Shown here in pieces: positions 17,723 to 28,013 of a stretch of 39,645 nt of DNA. The translations under genes and the position numbers were made by a program. Position 1 is the first letter of the stretch, and every line of letters starts with the position of its first letter. The notes under the pieces are model-generated. The model had not been told where the DNA came from. It did not search any database and saw only the letters and a program-made list of their open reading frames with translations. Origin of the DNA: Pseudomonadota bacterium (lineage in GTDB: Bacteria; UBA10199; 2-02-FULL-44-16; JAAZCA01); NCBI GenBank assembly GCA_043822785.1, contig JBDRBN010000073.1, positions 1 to 39,645 of the forward strand. The letters are read 5' to 3'.

Positions 17723-20386
17723 TTAATGTGCTTCTGCCCAGTTCTTTCCCACCCCCACATCAACGACCAGCGGCACTTTGAGGTCTGCAGCGCTTACCAT
17801 CTTGTCGATGACAAAATCCCTCACAGATTCCACGTCTGATTCTGGGACCTCAAGGATTAGCTCATCGTGAACCTGAAGTATAAGCCTTGCGCCAGCTGAT
17901 ACCCTGCTCAGGCCTGCGTGCACTTCGATCATGGCCCTTTTTATTATATCCGCCGCGCTTCCTTGAAACACGGTGTTGAACGCCATTCTCTCTGCAAGCT
18001 GGCGGACCTGTATGTTTGAGCTTTCTATATCAGGAAAGAAACGACGCCTACCAAAGAGAGTTGTAGCCATACTTTCCTCGCGAACTCGATCGAGGAGCTC
18101 GTCACGGTACGCTGCGACCCTTGGATATTTATTAAAGTAATTATTGATGTATTCCGAAGCTTGCCCAGGCGATATGCCCAGCTGACGCGATAGCCCGAAC
18201 GCAGTCTGCCCATAGATGGTAGCAAAATTTACGGTCTTTCCCACAGCACGCTGATCGCGACTCAACTTGTCTTTTGGCACTCCAAATATACCCGCTGCAG
18301 TGAGCGCGTGAACATCTTCACCTTTTCTAAAGGCAGAAATCAGCGCTTCCTCGCCGGACATCTCTGCAAGCACCCTAAGCTCAATCTGCGAATAATCAGC
18401 TGACAGAAGCAACGAGCCATCCTCTGCTACAAAGGCCTCGCGGATTAACCTGCCCTCCTCTGTGCGCACAGGGATGTTCTGCAAATTGGGATCAGAAGAT
18501 GAAAGCCTGCCCGTAGCTGTAGTGGCTTGATTAAACGTAGTGTGCACGCGTTTAGTAGAAGGATCAACCATGTTTGCGAGCGCATCTGTGTAGGTGGATT
18601 TTAGCTTGCCAAGGGAGCGCCACCTGAGCACAAGGCTTGGCAAATCGTGTTTGTCGGCAAGGTCCTCAAGCACATTTTGACTTGTGGAAAAGCCGGTCTT
18701 TGTTTTCTTGCCACCAGGCAGACCAAGTTTTTCAAAGAGAACAATGCCCAGCTGTTTGGGCGAATTGATGTTAAAAGGCTCGCCTGCCAGCTCATGGATC
18801 TTCTTTTCCAGCCCTCCTAATTCTTGGGAAAATTCCGCGCCCAGCGAGGAGAGTTTATTCGTATCCACCTTTACGCCATAAAGCTGCATGGACACGAGAA
18901 CATCTAAGAGAGGCATCTCTATTTTATAGAAGAGATCTGACAGCCCTTCGTCATCTATTTTCTTTTTGAAAATGTTCTCGAGCCTAAGCGCAACATCAGC
19001 ATCCTCACAAGCGTAGTCACGCGCCATCTCCAGATCCACTCTAGCAAATAACTTCTTTTCCTTCCCTTTTCCCGTCACGTCCGCATATCGGATGGTGCTA
19101 TGGTCAAGAAAGATCCTGGCAAGGGAATCGAGGCTGTGACCCGCAGAAGGGTCAATCACATATGATGCCAGCATGGTATCAAACTCAACTCCGTGTACAT
19201 CAAAGCCCTCTCGCCTGAGTATGGTAAGAGCATAGTTTAGGTTCTGGCCTACCTTGCGTATTCCTTTATCTGCTAAAACAGGGCGTAGCTCATCATACAC
19301 GAGCTTGCGAGGTAGTTGTGCTGTCACATTGACATGGCCAATGGGCACATAAGCAGCCTCTTCTTCTTCCCATGAAAGCGCGATGCCCACTATTTGGGCT
19401 TGCATTGGATCAAGGGAGTCTGTTTTAAGGTCTATAGAGAATATTTTCTTATTTTTTATGAAGTTAACGATTTCCTTTAAATCCTTTTCATTACTTATAA
19501 GCCTGTACTTTTCATATGAAATGCCCTTTTGAGACGCATATTTCTCCAAAAGGCTAAAGAATTCCAAGTCCTTAAAAAGCTCAAGCATCTGTTCTCGTTC
19601 AAATGGCCTCCTCTTCAAATCCTTCAAGTCGAACTTGAGAGGTACATCCCTATCTATTGTTACTAGCTTCTTTGACAAGCGCGCTTCATCAACATTTTCA
19701 AAAATCGCAGAACCCGCCTTGGTGGACAGGTCTGCTACGTGCTCGAGCACCTCTTCCAATGATCCATATTTATCTATGAGCTGGCTGGCAGTCTTTAGTC
19801 CAATGCCCGAGACACCAGGGATGTTATCTGACTTATCTCCTGAAAGTGCCAAGACATCCACAACCTGCCCTGGCTCCACGCCAAAGCGGTCCCTCACCTC
19901 TTTTGGGCCAATACGAAGCTCTTTCATCTCATCGAGCATGGATATGTTTTCGCCTACGAGCTGCATGAGATCTTTATCGCCTGAGACCACAACTACCTTA
20001 AGTTCATCATCAGCAAAGCGCTCTGCAAGAGTGCCTATGATGTCGTCTGCCTCAAAGCCCGGCTTTTTGGCAACTGAAATGCCAAGCGCCTCAATTATCG
20101 GGGTCATGTACGGAAACTGCTGTACAAGGTCATCAGGCGGTGCCTTGCGGTTGGCCTTATAATCCTCATACATCTTGTCGCGAAAGGTGGGTTCTTTAGT
20201 ATCAAGGCAACATGCTATGTAATCTGGCTCTTCGGTTTTCAGAAGCTTGAGTAACATCTGGGTAAAGCCGTAGAGGGCATTGGTTGGAAAGCCTTTGGAA
20301 TTGGTCAGAGACCGAATCGCGTAGTATGCCCGAAAAAAGTAATTTGCACCGTCGATGAGGTAGAGGGTTTTATAATTTTTAGACAT
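17723..20386 (-). CDS. polA: DNA polymerase I
   Basis: 5' nuclease (LIDG, EADD, SGDKD, GDKSDNIPGV); polymerase motifs TGRLSS.DPNLQNIP, ADYSQIELR, QVHDEL; start MSKNY overlaps the folC stop. Confidence 0.97.
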   Translation of the reverse strand: MSKNYKTLYLIDGANYFFRAYYAIRSLTNSKGFPTNALYGFTQMLLKLLKTEEPDYIACCLDTKEPTFRDKMYEDYKANRKAPPDDLVQQFPYMTPIIEALGISVAKKPGFEADDIIGTLAERFADDELKVVVVSGDKDLMQLVGENISMLDEMKELRIGPKEVRDRFGVEPGQVVDVLALSGDKSDNIPGVSGIGLKTASQLIDKYGSLEEVLEHVADLSTKAGSAIFENVDEARLSKKLVTIDRDVPLKFDLKDLKRRPFEREQMLELFKDLEFFSLLEKYASQKGISYEKYRLISNEKDLKEIVNFIKNKKIFSIDLKTDSLDPMQAQIVGIALSWEEEEAAYVPIGHVNVTAQLPRKLVYDELRPVLADKGIRKVGQNLNYALTILRREGFDVHGVEFDTMLASYVIDPSAGHSLDSLARIFLDHSTIRYADVTGKGKEKKLFARVDLEMARDYACEDADVALRLENIFKKKIDDEGLSDLFYKIEMPLLDVLVSMQLYGVKVDTNKLSSLGAEFSQELGGLEKKIHELAGEPFNINSPKQLGIVLFEKLGLPGGKKTKTGFSTSQNVLEDLADKHDLPSLVLRWRSLGKLKSTYTDALANMVDPSTKRVHTTFNQATTATGRLSSSDPNLQNIPVRTEEGRLIREAFVAEDGSLLLSADYSQIELRVLAEMSGEEALISAFRKGEDVHALTAAGIFGVPKDKLSRDQRAVGKTVNFATIYGQTAFGLSRQLGISPGQASEYINNYFNKYPRVAAYRDELLDRVREESMATTLFGRRRFFPDIESSNIQVRQLAERMAFNTVFQGSAADIIKRAMIEVHAGLSRVSAGARLILQVHDELILEVPESDVESVRDFVIDKMVSAADLKVPLVVDVGVGKNWAEAH

Positions 20387-21617
20387 TGGCAGAAATTTCA
20401 GATGAGCGGGCCTTTTCCATACGCGAGAAAAATACCTTGGCCTCACCCACTACAGTGATCGATCCAGAAACCACCAGCGTATCATCATCCCCCATCCGCT
20501 TCATGGTCGTCGTAAGAGCAGATGACACGTCTTCCTCAATTGAAATATCAACGGATGATGAGCGGGCAGCTGCTGCTAGATCTTTGGGGGATGCTGCGCG
20601 GGCAGAAGGAGCTGTGGTGAAGATAACCTCGCGGAACTGGGGAACGAGTTGCCGCACTATGCCCTCGATGTCCTTATCTGCAAGAACGCCTAAGAGAAGG
20701 ATGGCGTTCTTCTTGGGAATAGAGCTTCGCACATACGAAGCTAGCATCTCAGCGCCAGCCACGTTGTGTGCGCTATCCAGTATCACCCGTGGTTTTTCTG
20801 AAACCACTTCGAGCCGACCTGGCCAATTGGTTTGGGCAAGGGCCTCTGCAACTTGGCTTATCTTAAAGCCAGCGCTGGACAGAATATCAGCCGCTTCAAC
20901 CGCACAAGCCGCATTCTGCCGCTGATGCTCGCCTAAGAGTCCCAGAGGACTTTTGATCTCATCCGGCGTTGCAAGACAAAGCGGCGAACCCACATCATCG
21001 CACACCCTGCGAATGACCTCCATCACATCAGGCGGCTGATATGCCACGACAGTTGGCACTCCGCGCTTGATGATGCCGCTCTTTTCTGTAGCGATTTCAC
21101 GAAGCGAAGAGCCCAGATGTTTCATGTGGTCAAAGGAAATAGGCGTGATCACGCTTACCTTGGGGTGAATCACGTTTGTCGCATCCAGACGGCCTCCCAG
21201 GCCGGCCTCAAATATCGCGATGTCGGTTTTTATCTTCTTGAAGTGCAGAAAGGCTGCAAGCGTGAGCATCTCAAAGTAGCTTAGCATCCGGTCGTCGGGA
21301 ATGGTTTCGCGGATTAGGGAGATGACTTCCACGAGTTCATCCTCGCTTATCAATTCCCTGTTGATCTGAATCCTTTCGCGAATATTCACAAGATGGGGCG
21401 AGGTGAAGATGCCGGTCTTATATCCGCTCTGCTGAAATATCGAAGACAAAAAGGCGACCGTTGAACCCTTTCCGTTGGTACCGCTTATATGAATGGCTGT
21501 TAATTCATCTTGCGGATTGCCCATCAACTGGCATGCTTCGGTCAGCGGGCCCAGCTCTAACCGAACCGAGCTCGGCTGCAAAGAATCAAGATAGGCGATG
21601 ATCTTTTCATAATTCAT
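20379..21617 (-). CDS. folC: Folylpolyglutamate synthase / dihydrofolate synthase
   Basis: GTNGKGS, FTSPHL...RERI, EAGLGGRLDATN, WPGRLE, DSAHN; start MNYEK with AGGA RBS. Confidence 0.95.
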   Translation of the reverse strand: MNYEKIIAYLDSLQPSSVRLELGPLTEACQLMGNPQDELTAIHISGTNGKGSTVAFLSSIFQQSGYKTGIFTSPHLVNIRERIQINRELISEDELVEVISLIRETIPDDRMLSYFEMLTLAAFLHFKKIKTDIAIFEAGLGGRLDATNVIHPKVSVITPISFDHMKHLGSSLREIATEKSGIIKRGVPTVVAYQPPDVMEVIRRVCDDVGSPLCLATPDEIKSPLGLLGEHQRQNAACAVEAADILSSAGFKISQVAEALAQTNWPGRLEVVSEKPRVILDSAHNVAGAEMLASYVRSSIPKKNAILLLGVLADKDIEGIVRQLVPQFREVIFTTAPSARAASPKDLAAAARSSSVDISIEEDVSSALTTTMKRMGDDDTLVVSGSITVVGEAKVFFSRMEKARSSEISANV

Positions 21618-21631
21618 TTGTTTCATCCTTT

Positions 21632-21665
21632 GTATCTCGTTGTTTACGTGTCTCGCGTTTCTCGC
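21632..21665. repeat. 9-mer repeat units
   Basis: gtatctcgt ... gtgtctcgc gtttctcgc. Confidence 0.7.
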
Positions 21666-21666
21666 C

Positions 21667-22923
21667 CTATACAACCTTTATTACCAAAGCGGTCAAGTCG
21701 TCGCGAAGCGGATGAGGATCGCAAAACGCCTGCACTGATTCTACGATTACATCCACGATCTGCTGCGCGCTGCCCACCACAGCATCCTTTAAGCATTCGT
21801 GTAACCTTTCCCGGCCAAAGCGCTCTGCACCACCGAAGGCCTCGATGATGCCGTCTGTGTATAAAAGGATCACATCACCTTTAGAGACTACCAGCTGACG
21901 CTCATGAAAGATGCTGCCATGCTCAATGCCCAGCAGCGGATCGCCAGTGCCTGCGTCCTCAAAACACTTGTCCGCGCTTCTCCAGACCAAAGGCGGTGGA
22001 TGACCTGCCGATGTATACTGAATGATTTGCCGCGAACGAAGATACTGCAGGTAAGTCATGGATATGAACTGCTCTGATTGATAGAGATCGTCGTAGAGTA
22101 TGGAGTTGATTCTCTGCACCAAGATCGACGGGCTATAGTCAGCATCCCTCTGGGCCCTTACGGCAGAGCGGAAAGCAGCCATTATGAGCGCCGCGCCGAT
22201 GGAATGCCCAGATACATCTGCGATTACAAACGAGGGCCGTTTCGCATAGGTAAGAAAGCAGTCATAATAGTCGCCTCCTACTCTCTCTGCAGTAACTAGC
22301 CTACCTGCAATATCGACCCCTTCGATCTTAGGCGGATCTTGTGGAAGCAGGCGATACTGTATTTGCCTTGCGATCTCTAGCTGCTGTTTTATCCTTTCGC
22401 TTTCGGCCTTGGCCTCGCTTAGCTTTGCTATATGCAGATAGGCTGCGGCTTGATTGCTGAACGTGGTGAGAAGGCGAAGGTCGTTCTCGTCAAAAGGTCG
22501 ACCGTCAGTACGATCGGTCACGTTGATGACGCCTAGCGATTCCTCGCCAACCTTCATGGGAAAACACGTTACCGGTGCGGACATGAGCGAGCGCGTCTTG
22601 TAGCGGTTACGGCCAGGACCCATCTCCTCAGCCTGTATATCTGTGATCAGAACAGGCTCATAGCTCGCAAACACTTTACCAGAAATGCCCTCGCCCACCC
22701 TCACGATCGCGCGTTCCATTATCTTTGGATCCATGCCGCGGGCAGCTGCAATCCGTAATACTCGCTTTTCAGGATCATAAGTCATGATGGACGCCTTCTC
22801 GACGCCAAGGTATTTTACCACTTGATCGAGTATGAGCTCGTAAATCTGGTCTGGATCAGCAACGTGCGCGATCGCCTGACTTAAGGCATGCACAGCTTTC
22901 ATCGAGTTTGCGTTAGCTTTCAT
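21667..22923 (-). CDS. GAF + PP2C (SpoIIE/RsbU-like) phosphatase
   Basis: GAF (GEGISGKV, LGVINV); VGGDYYD, IADVSGH, YTDGIIE, DDLT. Confidence 0.92.
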   Translation of the reverse strand: MKANANSMKAVHALSQAIAHVADPDQIYELILDQVVKYLGVEKASIMTYDPEKRVLRIAAARGMDPKIMERAIVRVGEGISGKVFASYEPVLITDIQAEEMGPGRNRYKTRSLMSAPVTCFPMKVGEESLGVINVTDRTDGRPFDENDLRLLTTFSNQAAAYLHIAKLSEAKAESERIKQQLEIARQIQYRLLPQDPPKIEGVDIAGRLVTAERVGGDYYDCFLTYAKRPSFVIADVSGHSIGAALIMAAFRSAVRAQRDADYSPSILVQRINSILYDDLYQSEQFISMTYLQYLRSRQIIQYTSAGHPPPLVWRSADKCFEDAGTGDPLLGIEHGSIFHERQLVVSKGDVILLYTDGIIEAFGGAERFGRERLHECLKDAVVGSAQQIVDVIVESVQAFCDPHPLRDDLTALVIKVV

Positions 22924-23321
22924 ATGCGATACACCATCCTGAGCTCGTGAAACCCATTGTTCACGCGGCTTGTGACGCTAGTCATTGCTCTGTTTATTAC
23001 GAAAAGCCCTCTTCCGTGGCACGACATAGCATCAGGTTCTGGCGGATTAAGTTGACTGATACCGCTGCCCATGTCAACCACATCCATCACCACTTCCTTT
23101 TGATTTACGGAAAACGCTATCTTTATGGGAAGCGATTTTTTTCTCTTGTGCGCATGGATGACGGCGTTGTCCACAGCTTCTACCAAAGCCATGCTGCAAG
23201 CGATCACAGCTTTTCTATCCAAGAGGCCCTTGGTGGATATCACTTCCACCATGCGCCGAAGCAAAGAAAGATAGCGCGTCTCGCTCCTTATGGTGATTGC
23301 ACAACAGAACGGTTTTGACAT
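22920..23321 (-). CDS. rsbW: Anti-sigma factor Ser kinase (RsbW/SpoIIAB-like)
   Basis: EAVDNAVIH, DMGSG, GRGLFVI; start MSKPF. Confidence 0.85.
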   Translation of the reverse strand: MSKPFCCAITIRSETRYLSLLRRMVEVISTKGLLDRKAVIACSMALVEAVDNAVIHAHKRKKSLPIKIAFSVNQKEVVMDVVDMGSGISQLNPPEPDAMSCHGRGLFVINRAMTSVTSRVNNGFHELRMVYRI

Positions 23322-23325
23322 GGGA

Positions 23326-23667
23326 TCACTTCTTCTCAAATTCCCGCACTGCTGCATTCCAATCTGAGCAAACCTCAAAGAGCCTGTGCAGACGGGTGAT
23401 CTCGAATATGGTCTTGACTTCATCAGATAGCGCCGCCACCTTCACATCGCCGTCACGTTGACGCACACGGCGCAGAAGCGAGATCAACACGCCCAGGCCC
23501 ATGGAATCGATAAAGGTGAGGTTGGAACAGTCTATGACTATGTGATTTGAGCCAGTGCCAACGAGATCAAAAGCGATCTTCTTGAACGCTGGAACAGTGT
23601 CAGCATCAAGGCTGCCTCCACAGTGTACAATCTGGACATCACCCCGTTGGGTTACTTCGATGTTCAT
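23326..23667 (-). CDS. rsbV: STAS anti-anti-sigma factor (RsbV/SpoIIAA-like)
   Basis: GSLDA, FIDSMGLGVL (phospho-Ser), IFEITRL. Confidence 0.9.
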   Translation of the reverse strand: MNIEVTQRGDVQIVHCGGSLDADTVPAFKKIAFDLVGTGSNHIVIDCSNLTFIDSMGLGVLISLLRRVRQRDGDVKVAALSDEVKTIFEITRLHRLFEVCSDWNAAVREFEKK

Positions 23668-23681
23668 AAGAAATCCTCTTC

Positions 23682-23717
23682 CTTTCTCGCGCTTCTCGCG
23701 TGTCTCGCCTTTCTCGC
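23682..23717. repeat. 9-mer tandem array x4
   Basis: ctttctcgc gcttctcgc gtgtctcgc ctttctcgc. Confidence 0.9.
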
Positions 23718-23718
23718 A

Positions 23719-25104
23719 TTATTTCAGTCCGTAATGTTTTATCTTTCTGTAGAGAGTGGCCTGTCCGATCTTTAACTTGCGTGCTGCCTCGCCCACATTT
23801 CCCAAACAGCGCTTAAGCGCTGCCTCTATAGCATACTTTTCCACAAGCTCCAGAGGTATTATTTTTCCGCCATCCAATGGCGCCATGGAAGGCTCAATTG
23901 GCTCAACAGTTTGGGGGTGCATCCTTCCCTGTTCCTGAATGTCCTTTGGCAGATGGCTGAGTTTTACGCGGCTGTCGTTGTTGAGCACTACGACTCGCTC
24001 AATGCTGTTCTCCAACTCCCTCACGTTTCCAGGCCATTCGTATGCCATGAGCACATCAAGCGCTTGAGGCGAAAAATCGAGGAAAATCTTCTCGTTCTTA
24101 GTCGAGTACTTGTCGAGAAAGTGTTTTGCCAAAAGTGGTATATCTTCCCTTCGATCGCGAAGCGGAGGGATGTGAACGGGAACGACATTGAGACGATACA
24201 AAAGGTCTTCGCGAAACCTGCCCTCTTGCGCTTCTTTGGATATATCGCGATTCGTGGCAGCTATTATTCTGACGTCCACCTTTATGAGATCATTGCCGCC
24301 GACGCGCATGAATGTGCGCTCTTGCAGAAAGCGCAATAGCTTTACCTGGAGAAGTGGATCCATCTCGCTTATCTCGTCGAGAAATAGAGTGCCCCCATCT
24401 GCGCGCTCGCAGCTGCCCATGTATCGCCTATCCGCCCCAGTGTAAGCGCCTCGCTCATGACCAAAGAGCTCGTTTTCCAAAAGCTCTCGTGGTATGGCAC
24501 CGCAGTTTATGTCGAGAAATGTCTTATGGCTGCGCGAGCTGTGATTGTGTATCGCCCTTGCCACCAGTTCCTTGCCAGTGCCGCTCTCGCCGGTTATCAA
24601 GACAGTGGCGTTGCTTTTGGCAACCATTGTGATCATGGAAAAGATCTCCTGCATGACCGTGCTGTGTCCTATCATGTCATCCATGCCGCCGCGCCATCCC
24701 ATCTGGGTCTCAAGCAGATAGACGCGCTTTGTTAAATTGTAGAGGTTTATGGCATTGCGTATGGCGTGTCTGAGCTGTTCGCCATCCACAGGTATTGGCA
24801 GGTAATCATAGGCGCCCGCCTTCATGGCGCCTACCGCATATTCAAGAGATTTGGATCTGGCAACGACTATGACCGGAAGATTATCATCAAGGCGGCGCAT
24901 GCGTTCGATGAGTTTTTCAAGCCCGCTCGCATCCTCTCCGCTAAGCACAAGCACGCCGCAATCCACGCCACCTATCTCTACCCACCATTCCTTAGCCCTG
25001 GATTGTGTCACCGTTAGGTTCCAGCCATCAGCAGAGAGCTCTTTCTCCATATTTGATGGCAGCTCTCTTCCGTCGTGCACAACCAGAATGGTATTCTGTT
25101 CCAT
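23719..25104 (-). CDS. Sigma54-dependent activator with degenerate (pseudo-)receiver domain
   Basis: GESGTGKE, ENELFGHERGAYTGA, FLDEI, WPGNVREL, Fis-type HTH; receiver lacks the Asp, Thr and Lys. Confidence 0.9.
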   Translation of the reverse strand: MEQNTILVVHDGRELPSNMEKELSADGWNLTVTQSRAKEWWVEIGGVDCGVLVLSGEDASGLEKLIERMRRLDDNLPVIVVARSKSLEYAVGAMKAGAYDYLPIPVDGEQLRHAIRNAINLYNLTKRVYLLETQMGWRGGMDDMIGHSTVMQEIFSMITMVAKSNATVLITGESGTGKELVARAIHNHSSRSHKTFLDINCGAIPRELLENELFGHERGAYTGADRRYMGSCERADGGTLFLDEISEMDPLLQVKLLRFLQERTFMRVGGNDLIKVDVRIIAATNRDISKEAQEGRFREDLLYRLNVVPVHIPPLRDRREDIPLLAKHFLDKYSTKNEKIFLDFSPQALDVLMAYEWPGNVRELENSIERVVVLNNDSRVKLSHLPKDIQEQGRMHPQTVEPIEPSMAPLDGGKIIPLELVEKYAIEAALKRCLGNVGEAARKLKIGQATLYRKIKHYGLK

Positions 25105-25123
25105 AGTATATTTTTCTTAATAC

Positions 25124-25159
25124 GTTTCTCGCGTTGCTGGCGTTGCTGGCCTTTCTCGC
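25124..25159. repeat. 9-mer tandem array x4
   Basis: gtttctcgc gttgctggc gttgctggc ctttctcgc. Confidence 0.9.
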
Positions 25160-25164
25160 GTTCT

Positions 25165-26574
25165 TTAACTTTCCCTATACTCATTTATATCGATAGCATA
25201 GCGCCTTATGAGTTTTTTGAAATTCGAACGGTCCATGCCTGCGCGTTCTGAGGCAAATGATAGGTTTCCTTTGGCTTCTTTTAAAAGGCTCGATAGATAT
25301 GCTCGATTGAAAGAGGAAAGAGCCTTGTCCTTGGCCTCGCGATATGTGAACTTGGCAATGTCCATGCCAATTGTATCATCGAGAAGATAAAACGATTCTG
25401 AAAGCACTTTTGCTGGAAGATCTTGTGAAGTGATCGAATCGCTGCCAGCCAAAACCACCGCACGTTCCATGACATTCTCGAGTTCCCTTACGTTTCCTAC
25501 CCAAGAATAATTTTGAAGCGCTTGCAGAGCATCCACAGAAATTTTGTTAATCTTCTTCTTCATCCTCGAACTGTACAGTTGCAGAAAGTGATAAGCCAAA
25601 AGAGGTATGTCGTCAGATCTCTCCCTCAGCGACGGAAGCTGTATGCCTATGACGTTTATCCTATAATAGAGATCCTCCCTAAAGCTTCCTTCCTTGACCA
25701 ATGCAGGCAGATCCCTGTTGGTAGCTGCGATGAGCCTTACGTCAACGTTGTGGGATTCAACATCACCCACCGCTCGGACCTCCCCTTCTTGAAGGACCCT
25801 GAGCAGTTTGACCTGAATGGGCGCTGGAATCTCGCCTATCTCGTCGAGAAAGACCGTTCCTTTATCAGCTTCTTCAAACAGGCCTCTCTTATCTGACACT
25901 GCACCCGTAAACGAACCCCGCTTGTGACCAAAGAGCTCGCTCTCCAACAGGTGCACCGGAATGGCCGCGCAGTTTATTACGACAAAAGGTTTATCACTTC
26001 TCAGAGAACGCGCATGGATTGCACGAGCTACCAATTCTTTTCCAGTGCCGCTTTCGCCCAACACCAAAATCGTAGAGCTTGTAGGAGAGATGTTCTCAAT
26101 GATATCAAAAACCTCCTGCATCTTGCGGCTCTTGCCCAATATTCCCTCGTAAGATAACTCATCACCCCTCTGACGTTCGAGCTGCCTTAACTTTTGCGCC
26201 AAGTGATATCTATCAATGGCTTTGCCGATTATGATCGCAACTCGCTCGATATCCTCAAAAGGCTTAGTGATGTAGTCGTAAGCGCCGTGCTTCATAGCAG
26301 TGACAGCGGTCTCCACTGAACCCACGCCGGTCATTATCACGATTTCTGTATTTATGTTGTTCTTCTTGCAGTGCTCCAAAAGCTGCAGCCCAGTAAAGCC
26401 AGGAAGCCTGATATCCAAAACAGCGGCTTCAAAGACGCGTTCGCCTAGCTGATGCAGCGCATCCTCAGCGCTCCTGGCCACTGCGTATGTCCATCCCTGA
26501 TCTTTAGAGAGCCTCTCAAACACCTTCAGTATGCCTTCATCATCATCGACTATAAGCAGATTAATGGTCTTCAC
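25165..26574 (-). CDS. NtrC-family sigma54 response regulator
   Basis: VDDD, VLDIRLP, MTG, ITKPF; GSFTGA; HTH; GTG start. Confidence 0.93.
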   Translation of the reverse strand: MKTINLLIVDDDEGILKVFERLSKDQGWTYAVARSAEDALHQLGERVFEAAVLDIRLPGFTGLQLLEHCKKNNINTEIVIMTGVGSVETAVTAMKHGAYDYITKPFEDIERVAIIIGKAIDRYHLAQKLRQLERQRGDELSYEGILGKSRKMQEVFDIIENISPTSSTILVLGESGTGKELVARAIHARSLRSDKPFVVINCAAIPVHLLESELFGHKRGSFTGAVSDKRGLFEEADKGTVFLDEIGEIPAPIQVKLLRVLQEGEVRAVGDVESHNVDVRLIAATNRDLPALVKEGSFREDLYYRINVIGIQLPSLRERSDDIPLLAYHFLQLYSSRMKKKINKISVDALQALQNYSWVGNVRELENVMERAVVLAGSDSITSQDLPAKVLSESFYLLDDTIGMDIAKFTYREAKDKALSSFNRAYLSSLLKEAKGNLSFASERAGMDRSNFKKLIRRYAIDINEYRES

Positions 26575-26595
26575 AGTATCCTCGTCTTACATCTC

Positions 26596-27993
26596 TTAGT
26601 CGGATTCATGCTTATCTAGGTGTCTCTTTTTAATTTTTTCCACAAGCGTAGTTCTGTTAAGGTGCAAAAGTCCTGCTGCCTTGTTCTTGTTGCCGTCGGT
26701 TTTCTTAAGTGCCCCAACTATGAGCTTTGCTTCAAAATCAGCCACGGCATTCTTAAAGGATATTCCTCCATCTGGAATATCAATTTGCCCTTTGCCCATG
26801 GATACCTCTTGGGGCAGGGGCGGCATACCAGCGATCTTGATCGGAAGATCTTTCACATCAATCATGTCGTCCTTTTTGAGAACAAGAAGCCGCTCCATCA
26901 GGTTCTCGAGCTCTCTTACGTTTCCAGGCCATTCATATTGAATGAGCTTGTCGAGAGCTTGCTGAGTGATGTTCGGTATGGGTTTTCCGGTTTCAGCACC
27001 AAATTTGTCTATGAAGTGCCCAAGCAAAAGCGGAATATCGCTTCTGCGCTCGCGAAGCGGCGGCACATGGATAGGAATTACGTTGAGCCGATAATATAGA
27101 TCCTCGCGAAATCTTCCTTCTCCGACAGCCCGATCCAGATCATGATTGGTAGCCGCGATTATCCGCACATCCACCTGGTGCGATTGAGTGGAACCCACTG
27201 GTTCAAAGCGCTGTTCTTGGAGCACTCGCAGCACCTTCACCTGCAGCTTTAGCGTCATGTCACCGATTTCATCCAAGAAGATCGTTCCACCATCAGCAGC
27301 ATCAAGGCGACCTGGGTGTGTCATGACCGCTCCTGTAAAAGCGCCCTTCACGTGGCCAAAGAGCTCGCTCTCTAGAAGCTCCTCAGGAATCGCTGCGCAG
27401 TTCACGATCACAAGCGACTTTTCCTTTCGCGGACTATTGTAATGAATTGCTCTTGCTATGAGTTCTTTACCAGTACCGCTCTCGCCTGTAATGAGAATGG
27501 TCGAATTCGTGTCAGCAACCTTTTCGACCAAATCGAAAACAGCCGCCATCTCATCGCTTTGTCCGATAATGTTTTCAAAGCGGTATTTGTCGCGCAGCTG
27601 GGTCTTGAGCAACCGATTCTCGGCCTTAAGTTGCTTGTGCTCCAGCGCAGTATTTATGAGAGCTGCTATGTCATCGAGCTCAAATGGTTTTGTAAGATAA
27701 TGATATGCGCCCGCCTTTATGGCATCCACAGCAGATGTAATGGTTCCAAATCCAGTAAGAACGATTGGTATGATATCGGATTGTTCGCGCTTCATCCGCC
27801 TGATGAGCTCTACGCCATCCATCTTAGGCATCACCAGATCGACCAGAGCCAAGTCTATGGTCTCATTTTGGAGGATGGACAGGGCCACCTCTCCATCTTC
27901 AGCTGTGAAGACAGTGTACTTCATCGCGCTTAAGAAGCGCTCCAGCGCCTTTCTTATTGCAACTTCATCATCTACTATCAGAACCCTTGCCAT
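26596..27993 (-). CDS. NtrC-family sigma54 response regulator
   Basis: VDDE, LVDLVMP, LTKPF; GAFTGA; HTH NRTTLVEKIK. Confidence 0.93.
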   Translation of the reverse strand: MARVLIVDDEVAIRKALERFLSAMKYTVFTAEDGEVALSILQNETIDLALVDLVMPKMDGVELIRRMKREQSDIIPIVLTGFGTITSAVDAIKAGAYHYLTKPFELDDIAALINTALEHKQLKAENRLLKTQLRDKYRFENIIGQSDEMAAVFDLVEKVADTNSTILITGESGTGKELIARAIHYNSPRKEKSLVIVNCAAIPEELLESELFGHVKGAFTGAVMTHPGRLDAADGGTIFLDEIGDMTLKLQVKVLRVLQEQRFEPVGSTQSHQVDVRIIAATNHDLDRAVGEGRFREDLYYRLNVIPIHVPPLRERRSDIPLLLGHFIDKFGAETGKPIPNITQQALDKLIQYEWPGNVRELENLMERLLVLKKDDMIDVKDLPIKIAGMPPLPQEVSMGKGQIDIPDGGISFKNAVADFEAKLIVGALKKTDGNKNKAAGLLHLNRTTLVEKIKKRHLDKHESD

Positions 27994-28013
27994 GGCTTCC
28001 TCCTGCAGGGCTT

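Noticed and set aside
20387..23423. Longer ORF-track starts for polA, folC and rsbW (also deoC and the Schlafen gene)
   Set aside because: Extensions overlap neighbouring genes or repeats; downstream ATGs have better RBS or coupling.
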